Of a DNA stretch of 64,000 nucleotides, positions 55,875-64,000 are shown in pieces. How positions within the stretch are numbered: position 1 is the stretch's first letter; the number at the start of each line of letters is the position of its first letter. The DNA is taken from assembly GCA_040290255.1 (NCBI GenBank), contig PSMU01000001.1, positions 328,699 to 392,698 on the forward strand. The letters run 5' to 3'. The DNA is from Nitrososphaerota archaeon. Lineage in GTDB: Archaea; Thermoproteota; Nitrososphaeria; PSMU01. The notes beneath the pieces are model-generated. The model had not been told where the DNA came from and made no database searches. It worked only from the letters and a program-made list of their open reading frames with translations. The translations under genes were made by a program, and so were the position numbers.

Positions 55875-57313
55875 TAGGCCTTGCCGAAGTAGGCAATGAC
55901 GGAGGGCCCGGTGCCGCAGTAGATGCAGCCCTCCTGCACCTCCTCGGGCTTAAGAGGTATGAGCCTGATATCGGCGCCCGTCTCCTGTTTTATGCTGGCC
56001 TCGCACTCGCCCGACCCGCACCAGGGCGCCGCGATGAAGCCGCCGAGCTCGCTCAGCGCGCGCCTGAACTCCTCATAGCCCTTGACCCTGTGCGTGAGCC
56101 TCTCGCGCACCTCCCTGGCCCTCCTCCTCAGCTCCTCCTGTATCTCTTCTAGGAGCCGGGCGGCCCTCTTGGGCGCCTGGGCGGCCTGCACCTTCTCCTT
56201 CTGCAGCGTGTCCCTCCTGGCCAGGATGCACGTGCCCTCCCGGACATCCCTGGGCCCCACCTCGAGCCTCAGCGGCACGCCCTTGAGCTCCCAGTCGTTG
56301 AACTTCCAGCCGGGCGTGTGCCAGTCCCTGGCGTCCAGCTCGGCCCTGATGCCCTGCTCGAGCAGCGCGCGGTGCAGGGCCCTGCAGTGCTCCAGCACGG
56401 CCTCCTTCTCCTCCTCCTTATAGTAGATGGGCACGAGCACCGCCTGAATGGGCGCGATCCTGGGCGGCAGCACGAGCCCCCTATCATCGCCGTGCAGCAT
56501 GAAGACGGCGCCCAGGAGCCTCCACGAGACGCCCCAGGAGGTCTGCCAGACGTACTCCCACCTGCCCTCCCTGCTCAGGTACCTTATCTCAAAGGCCCTG
56601 GCGAAGCGATCCCCTAGATGGTGGGAGGTGCCCAGCTGCAGGATGGTGCCATCGGGCATGACGCCCTCGAGCGTGAGCGTATAATCCGCGCCCGCGAACT
56701 TCTCCCTCTCCGACTTCCTGCCCGCCAGGGGGGCCAGGGCCAGCTCCTCGACCATGAACTCCTCATAGGTGCGCAGCATGAGCAGGGCCATCTCCTCCGC
56801 CTCCTGCCTCGTGGCATGGGCCGTGTGCCCCTCCTGCCAGAGAAACTCCGAGGTCCTGATGAAGGGCTTCGTCATCTTTATCTCGGCCCTCAGCACGGAG
56901 TTCCAGAGGTTCAGCTTTATGGGGAGATCCCTGTAGCTCTTCACCACCCTGGCCAGGTGGGAGTAGATGATCGTCTCCGAGGTGGGCCTTATAGCGAGGC
57001 GCTCGCTCAACCTATCATCGCCCGCCTCCGTGACCCAGAAGACCTCGGGCACGAAGCCCTTGAAGTGCTCCGCCTCCCTCTTCAGCAGGCCCTCGGGGAT
57101 CAGCAGCGGATAATAGGCGTTCCTGACGCCCAGCCGCTTGAGCCTGGCATCGAGCCCCCTCTGAATGAGCTCCCAGATGGCGTAGCCATAGGGCCTGAGG
57201 ATGATGAAGCCCTTGACGTCCGCGTAATCGGCCAGCTCCGCCTTCACGATGAGCTCCGAGTACCACTGGGGAAGGGCCTCGGCCTTCTTGTACCGAAGCC
57301 CCAGCTCGCTCAT
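55871..57313 (-). CDS. proS: prolyl-tRNA synthetase (archaeal/eukaryotic type)
   Basis: 480 aa; class II motifs, C-terminal zinc-binding domain CGSGEC...CIYCG. Confidence 0.9.
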   Translation of the reverse strand: MSELGLRYKKAEALPQWYSELIVKAELADYADVKGFIILRPYGYAIWELIQRGLDARLKRLGVRNAYYPLLIPEGLLKREAEHFKGFVPEVFWVTEAGDDRLSERLAIRPTSETIIYSHLARVVKSYRDLPIKLNLWNSVLRAEIKMTKPFIRTSEFLWQEGHTAHATRQEAEEMALLMLRTYEEFMVEELALAPLAGRKSEREKFAGADYTLTLEGVMPDGTILQLGTSHHLGDRFARAFEIRYLSREGRWEYVWQTSWGVSWRLLGAVFMLHGDDRGLVLPPRIAPIQAVLVPIYYKEEEKEAVLEHCRALHRALLEQGIRAELDARDWHTPGWKFNDWELKGVPLRLEVGPRDVREGTCILARRDTLQKEKVQAAQAPKRAARLLEEIQEELRRRAREVRERLTHRVKGYEEFRRALSELGGFIAAPWCGSGECEASIKQETGADIRLIPLKPEEVQEGCIYCGTGPSVIAYFGKAY

Positions 57314-57399
57314 GGCGCCCCATTTCGCCCCGCGCTTAAAGCTTCTTGTGGGCGGCCTAGGCCTTAGCTAAATATGTAGGGCCCCTAAGGCGGGAGGGG

Positions 57400-58212
57400 T
57401 TGAAGGCCAAGGCCGGGGCGCTCCTCTTCCTCCTCCTGGCGCTCCTCCCACTTCCCTCGAGCGGCGCGCAGGTCACGCAGGTCTCGATCCTGCTGGACCC
57501 GACGGGCTACGCTTCGGTGAGCATGCTGGTGAGCTTCAATTCGAGCGAGGCGATCGCGCTCGTGCCCATGGTGGGCCGGCCGGACCTCTTCACGCTCACG
57601 GCCCGGGATGCGGGGGGCCAGCAGGTGCCCTTCAACCTGACGGACACGAGGATAAGCCTCCTGCTCCTGGGCGTCTCGTCGCCCGTAAAGTTGAGCTACT
57701 ATACCTCCAACCTCACGGCGAAGAGGGGGCCCATGTGGAACGTCAGCTTCGTGGCCCCCGCGCCCACCACGCTCACGCTGCCCCAGGGGGCCGTGTTGAT
57801 CTCCGTGAACCGCCTCCCCCAGGATGTGTCGACGGCCAACGGCGCCACGCAGCTCCTCCTGGCGCCCGGCCCCTGGTCCATCTCCTACTTCCTCAGGCCC
57901 CCTCCTCCAGCTTCGGCCGGCTTCCCGTACCTGCTCGTGGCCGGCGCGACGGGCGGCGCGGCGGTGAGCCTTGCCGTGGCCCTGGCCTACATCAGGCTAA
58001 GGAGGAGGAAGGGCGAGGCCCGCCTCCGGCCCGATGACAGGCGCATCCTGGACTTCCTCAGGGCCATAGGGGGGCAGGCCTATGAGAGCGACATCGTGCG
58101 CGAGCTGAACCTGCCCAAGACCTCGGTGTGGAGGGCGATAAAGCGCCTCTCGGATGCGGGCCTGGTGAGGGTCGAGAGGGAGGGCAACAGGGTGAAGGTG
58201 ATTGCCAAGTAG
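57400..58212 (+). CDS. membrane-anchored winged-helix transcription regulator with N-terminal extracellular domain
   Basis: TTG start with TATA-like ctaaatat about 27 nt upstream; signal peptide; about 170-aa beta-rich ectodomain with N-x-S/T sequons; single TM (YLLVAGATGGAAVSLAVALAYI); cytoplasmic RLRRRKGE + MarR-like wHTH (ILDFLRA...SDIVRELNLPKTSVWRAIKRLSDAGLVRVE). Confidence 0.6.
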   Translation: MKAKAGALLFLLLALLPLPSSGAQVTQVSILLDPTGYASVSMLVSFNSSEAIALVPMVGRPDLFTLTARDAGGQQVPFNLTDTRISLLLLGVSSPVKLSYYTSNLTAKRGPMWNVSFVAPAPTTLTLPQGAVLISVNRLPQDVSTANGATQLLLAPGPWSISYFLRPPPPASAGFPYLLVAGATGGAAVSLAVALAYIRLRRRKGEARLRPDDRRILDFLRAIGGQAYESDIVRELNLPKTSVWRAIKRLSDAGLVRVEREGNRVKVIAK

Positions 58213-58215
58213 GCG

Positions 58216-58262
58216 GGAAACGTTCCGAAACGGGTTCCTGCTGGAGGCCTTTTATAAGGCCC
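58216..58262. promoter_or_regulatory. operator-like repeats (GGAAACGTTCC, GAAACGGGTTCC) followed by palindromic TATA element GGCCTTTTATAAGGCC
   Basis: Seen directly between the wHTH regulator stop (58212) and the ATG (58286) of the secreted coiled-coil protein. Confidence 0.35.
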
Positions 58263-58285
58263 CGTGCAGCTCCTCCACGAGGGAA

Positions 58286-60010
58286 ATGGCCACCAGGCCC
58301 ATCCTCGCGGCCCTGCTGCTGGCGCTGCTCACGCTCGCCGCCTTTGCGCCCCTGGCCAGCAGGGCTTCGCCTCCCCAGGAGGGCAAGCAGGCCGCGCTGC
58401 AGGCGCTTCAGGCCGTGCTGCAGGGCCTGCAGGACCTCAGGCAATACCTCTCGAGCACGAACGCCGGCGCCCAGGCGCTTCAGGCCCTGGATGGCGCGAT
58501 CGCCAACCTCCGGGCCACGATCGAGATCGTGAACGCCACGGGCGATGCAAGGGCGGCCGAGGCCACGCTTGCCTATGAATCCTCGCGGCTGGCGCAGCTG
58601 CTGGGCGCTCTTGGGCCTGGCGCGCTCGGATCGGAGAGGCTGCAGAGGGCGCTTCAGCTCGCGCAGGGGAGGGCGGCGGAGCTCTCCCAGCAGGTGGGCC
58701 AGCTGCCCTCGGGCCCGCTGAGGTCCTCGCTGCTGCGGCTCCTTCAGCAGGCGAACCAGAGCCTCGCCCAGGCCTCCGGCCAGCTGCAGCAGGGCAACGT
58801 TTCGGGCGCCGCCCATGCGCTGGTCCAGGCCAAGGCGCTCTTGGGCCTCGTCAACGCGGCCCTCTCCAGGCATTTAGGGCAGGAGAGGCTGGAGAGGTAT
58901 GGGCCTCAGGCGAGGGCCGCGCTGGAGAGGGCGCTGGCCAGGCTGCTGGAGAGGGCCTCAAAGCTGAAGGCGCAGGGCCTGGGCGCCCAGGCCCTCCTGC
59001 TGCTGGAGAGGGCCCTCGAGCTGGGCAAGGGCGCCGGCCGGTTGCTGAACAGCTCGGACCTGCAGGGCGCGATCTCCGCGCTGGCCCAGGCCGAGGAGCT
59101 GCTCGAGGAGGCGGAGGAGCACGCGGGCGAAGCACGGCAGGCGCTCTCATCGCTCACCGAGAGGGCGCAGGAGCTGGGCGATAAGTTAAGCGAGCTGGCC
59201 GCACGGCTGGCCTCGGCGCAGCTGCCGCCGGAGAGGCGGGCCCTGGCCAGCTCCCTGCTCTCCAACGCCACGGCCGCGCTGAATGGGGCCCTTATGGCGC
59301 TTGCGCAGGGCAGGCTCAAGGACGCCTCCCTGCTCTTGGACCGAGCCTCCTCGCTGCTGGCCCAGCTGCTGCAGCTGCTGGAGAGCGGGGGCCGGGGCTC
59401 GATAGGGGAGGCCCGGCTGGAGATAAGGGCGCGGCTCACGCCCCAGCAGCTCCGGCTCGAGATAGAGAATGCCGGCCAGGAGGCGGCCACGCTCATCTAC
59501 ATCAGGCTGCTGGACGCGGCCGGCGCCGAGGTGGCCCTCACGTGGTCCTCCTCTTGCCTGGGCACGCTCGCGCCCGGCGATAGGGCCAAGTGCGCGGCCC
59601 AGCTGCAGGCCCGGCCCAATCAGGCCTACACGCTCGTGGTGGGCGCGAAGCCCTCCTCCTCGCCCAACGTGAGCGAGATAAGGCTGCCGCTCCTGGCCCA
59701 GGCCGCGGCGCTGGGCCTGCTGAAGTTGGAGGGCGAGATAAAGGGCAACCTGTTGGAGCTCAAGCTGGAGGCCGAGCACGCGGCGTTCACGATAGAGGCG
59801 ATTAGGGTGCTGACGCCCTCCCATCAGGAGCTGCAGCTGAGCTGGGTTAGCCCCTGCCCCAGCTCCCTGGCCGCAGGGCAGAGCGCGGAGTGCACGGCCA
59901 CGGCCTCCTTTGTGGCCGGCCAGCCCTACATCGTGCTCGTGCAGGCGAGGTCCGAGGGAGGGGCCAGCATGATGCTCCAGCTCATCCTGCTGGCGCAGCA
60001 CGAGGATTAG
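58286..60010 (+). CDS. secreted coiled-coil (Ala/Leu/Gln-rich) protein with two C-terminal Cys-containing beta-sandwich-like repeats
   Basis: Start at MATRPIL with signal peptide ...AAFAPLASRA; about 400 aa low-complexity helical region; C-terminal repeats each with conserved Cys pair. Confidence 0.55.
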   Translation: MATRPILAALLLALLTLAAFAPLASRASPPQEGKQAALQALQAVLQGLQDLRQYLSSTNAGAQALQALDGAIANLRATIEIVNATGDARAAEATLAYESSRLAQLLGALGPGALGSERLQRALQLAQGRAAELSQQVGQLPSGPLRSSLLRLLQQANQSLAQASGQLQQGNVSGAAHALVQAKALLGLVNAALSRHLGQERLERYGPQARAALERALARLLERASKLKAQGLGAQALLLLERALELGKGAGRLLNSSDLQGAISALAQAEELLEEAEEHAGEARQALSSLTERAQELGDKLSELAARLASAQLPPERRALASSLLSNATAALNGALMALAQGRLKDASLLLDRASSLLAQLLQLLESGGRGSIGEARLEIRARLTPQQLRLEIENAGQEAATLIYIRLLDAAGAEVALTWSSSCLGTLAPGDRAKCAAQLQARPNQAYTLVVGAKPSSSPNVSEIRLPLLAQAAALGLLKLEGEIKGNLLELKLEAEHAAFTIEAIRVLTPSHQELQLSWVSPCPSSLAAGQSAECTATASFVAGQPYIVLVQARSEGGASMMLQLILLAQHED

Positions 60011-61342
60011 CTACCTCATCCTTATATAGGCATAGGCCTCCGTCTGGGACTCGAAGCAGTAGAGGACCCTCTGGAAGGGCCTCCTCAGCTCCCTGACCTC
60101 CTCCCTTACCCTCTCGGGCTCCTCGCCCTTCACCACCCTGGCGATGAGCCTGGCTATCTCCTTCATCTCGCCCTTCCCCATCCCCAGCCTCGTGACCTCC
60201 TGCGTGCCCAGCCGGATGCCCGAGGGGTTCCGGTAGTGCAGTCCCTTCTGAATGTCCCCGTAGAGCAGCTGCCTGTTCACGATGATATTCGCCCTCTCGA
60301 GCCTCCTCTCCGCATCGCCCCCCAGGCAGTACCTGGAGACGTCCACGGCCACCTGATGGCTCTGCGTGAAGCCCCTGCGCTCGCCCACCACATCCAGGCC
60401 CTCCTCGTGGAGCGCCTGGGCCAGGGCCCTCGCGTTCTCCACGACCCTCAGGCAATACTCGCGGCCAAAGGCGAGCATCTCGGCAAAGGCGAGCGCCTTG
60501 CCCGCCACGTGGTGCAGGTGGTGGTTCGAGACGGTGGCCGGGAAGGTGGTGGCCTTTATCACCTCGCCATTCCTTTCATCGCTCACGATGGCGCCCCCCT
60601 GGGGCCCCGGTATGGTCTTATGGGTGCTCATCGTCATCACCCTTGCCCCCTCCCTGAGGGGATCCTGAAAGAGCCCGGCCGCCACCAGCCCGGCCACGTG
60701 GGCGGCATCATAGCAGACGAGCGCGCCCACCTCCTCGAGCGCGGGGGCCAGCTCCTTCAGCGGCTCGGGAAAGAGGATGAGCGAGCCGCCGAACATGGCG
60801 ATCCTGGGCGGCTTATTGGCCCTGGCCATCTCCCTTATCTTGACCCTCGCGGCGTCCACATCTATCTGCAGCTCCTCATCATCGAAGGGCATGTACTGGA
60901 CGTCCAGCCTGCTCACGAAGCCGGCCGTGCCCCTCACCCTCTCGGGGCCCATGGAGACGTGCCCCCCCTTCACGATGGGCTTCACCAGCATGACGTCGCC
61001 CGCCCTCGCGAAGGCGCTGTAGACCACGAGGTTCGCGACGAGGCCCGAGGTCGGCCTCACGTCGGCAAAGGGGGCCCTGAAGAGCTGCTTCGCCAGCTCT
61101 ATGGCGATCTCCTCGGCCCTATCTATGTAGGTGCAGCCCGCGTAGACGCGCTCGCCGGGCCATCCCTGCGGGGGCTATGCCCTCTCCGCGTACCTGTTGC
61201 CGAAGTCGCTGGCGAGCGCCTCCCTTACCGCCGGGCTGGGCACGTTCTCCGAGGCGATCAGCGGAAGCGCCTCGCTGAACCACCTGTGGTGGCGCTGGAG
61301 CAGCTCCAGCACCTCCTCATAGTACTCCCTCGGCCCCTTCAT
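60011..61342 (-). pseudogene. glyA: serine hydroxymethyltransferase interrupted by an in-frame TAG (6-codon insertion in conserved core)
   Basis: N-terminal 56 codons (MKGPREYYEEV...LIASENVPSPAV...NRYAE) end at TAG 61175-61177; frame continues ...PPQGWPGERVYAGCTYID... into the 349-aa ORF; removing 18 nt (61166-61183) restores consensus NRYAEGWPGERVYAGC. Confidence 0.6.
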
Positions 61343-61425
61343 GGCGCACCCTGCCCTGGGCCCATGATAACCTTTGCCCCGGCCAGGCCCCTCAAGGTTA
61401 TTAGCCAGGGCCTCGCCGCCGTGGC

Positions 61426-62610
61426 GTGCCCGTCAGGATAGGCATCTATGGCAAGACGAACGTGGGCAAGACCACCTTCTTCAGCGCGGCGACGCTGCTG
61501 AGGGCCGAGATCGCGAACTATCCCTTCACCACCAAGCAGCCCAACGAGGGCATCGCCCACGTGCTCACGCTCTGCGTGCACAGGGAGTTCAACGTGGAGG
61601 ATAACCCCTCGAACTCGGCCTGCAGGGATGGCTGGAGGTTCATACCCATCACGCTCATAGACCTGCCCGGCCTCATAAAGGGCGCCTGGATGGGCAAGGG
61701 CCTGGGCAACCAGTTCCTCAGCGTGGCCGCGCAGAGCGATGCGCTCATACACGTGGTCGACGCCTCGGGCAGCGTCGATGCGGAGGGCCGCATCACGGAG
61801 CCCGGCATGGGCGACCCCCTCGCGGATATAGCGGACGTGGAGCAGGAGCTGGCCATGTGGTACATGAAGCTGATCGAGGCCAATAGGGAGAAGGCCGCGA
61901 AGCTGGCCGAGAGGCAGGGCCTGGCGAAGGCCCTGGAGGAGGTGCTCTCGGGCATAAAGGTGAAGGCCGCGCACGTGGAGCTGGCGCTCAAGGCCACGGG
62001 GCTGAGGCCCGAGGAGTTCGCGAGGTGGGATAAGGACAGCCTGAGGGACTTCGCCTGGGTGCTCAGGGACGTGAGCAAGCCCACGCTCATCCTGGCCAAC
62101 AAGATGGACCTGCCCTACAGCGAGGAGAACTTCGAGAGGATCAGGAGGGAGTACAAGGACATGCTCGTGGTGCCCGCCAGCGCCGAGGCGGAGCTCGCGC
62201 TCAGGAGGGCCGAGGAGAGGGGCCTCATACGCTACATACCGGGCGAGGAGAGGTTCGAGGTGCTCAGGCCCGGGGAGCTCACGGAGCAGCAGAGGAGGGC
62301 GCTCGAGTACATAAAGCGCATGGTGCTCGAGCGCTTCATGAGGACCGGCGTGCAGTTCGCGCTGAACGTGGCCGTCTTCAAGCTGCTGCGCATGAACGCC
62401 GTATACCCCGTCTCGGACCCCCGCAAGCTCACGGACAGCAGGGGGAGGGTGCTGCCCGACGTCTTCCTGGTGCCCGACGGCATGACGGTGAAGGAGTTCG
62501 CGGAGCTCATTCACAGCGAGCTGGCCAGGGGCCTTCTTTACGCCATAGATGCCCGCACGGGCCTTCACCTGCCCGTGGACTATAAGGTGAAGGACAGGGA
62601 CGTGCTCTCG

Positions 62611-62637
<27 letters not shown>
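61426..62637 (+). CDS. Obg-family GTPase (Ygr210/OLA1-like) with C-terminal TGS-like domain
   Basis: GIYGKTNVGKTTFF G1, DLPGLIKGA G3, NKMD G4; C-terminal TGS-like segment; GTG start 25 nt downstream of aaggttatta. Confidence 0.75.

Positions 62638-64000
<1,363 letters not shown>

Noticed and set aside
61339-62568. 409-aa minus-strand ORF
   Set aside because: Antisense to the Obg-family GTPase gene with clear G1/G3/G4 motifs; low-complexity His/Arg/Pro/Leu product.

Overview
This 64-kb window is a high-GC (about 65-70%) archaeal chromosome segment, dense with housekeeping genes on both strands. Ribosomal proteins eS26 and eS30, SMC-ScpA-ScpB, GatD/GatE, archaeal MAT and a PoK/PPS CoA pathway together suggest a thermophilic TACK-type archaeon. 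The exact lineage cannot be named from sequence alone.

Recognisable content:
- tRNA synthetases: Gly, Tyr, Thr, Pro, Cys (Cys truncated at the window edge).
- Information processing: PolB, SMC/ScpA/ScpB, TFB, Gar1, SRP19, S8e, fibrillarin/Nop5, Trm1, RNase HII, RIO2, Sm protein and a RadA paralog.
- Pyrimidine genes: pyrC, pyrG, pyrD/pyrK.
- A compact CoA biosynthesis cluster: PoK-PPS-PanB-PanE-CoaBC.
- A NurA-like/HerA-like pair preceded by three paralogous wHTH proteins.

I found no rRNA, tRNA, CRISPR array or transposase/integrase.

Most genes appear leaderless, with an A/T-rich TATA-like octamer 25-30 nt upstream of frequently non-ATG (GTG/TTG) start codons. Several genes are translationally coupled by ATGA/GTGA overlaps.

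The most unusual region is a compositionally distinct island at about 43.5-46.7 kb, with roughly 52-58% GC. It encodes a translationally coupled operon of:
- three paralogous small secreted beta-rich proteins;
- a SipW/Sec11-type signal peptidase I;
- a 426-aa secreted protein with a C-terminal membrane anchor.

This architecture recalls the Bacillus tapA-sipW-tasA locus and, as I recall, the archaeal bundling-pilus loci. It is a candidate uncharacterised surface-fibre or pilus system.

Other notable items:
- a membrane-anchored wHTH regulator next to a secreted coiled-coil protein, with operator-like repeats between them;
- an in-frame TAG inside a 6-codon insertion in the conserved core of glyA;
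- interleaved divergent promoters between trm1 and rnhB;
- small genes missed by the ORF track: rpoP, eS30, eS26 and a 48-aa ORF.
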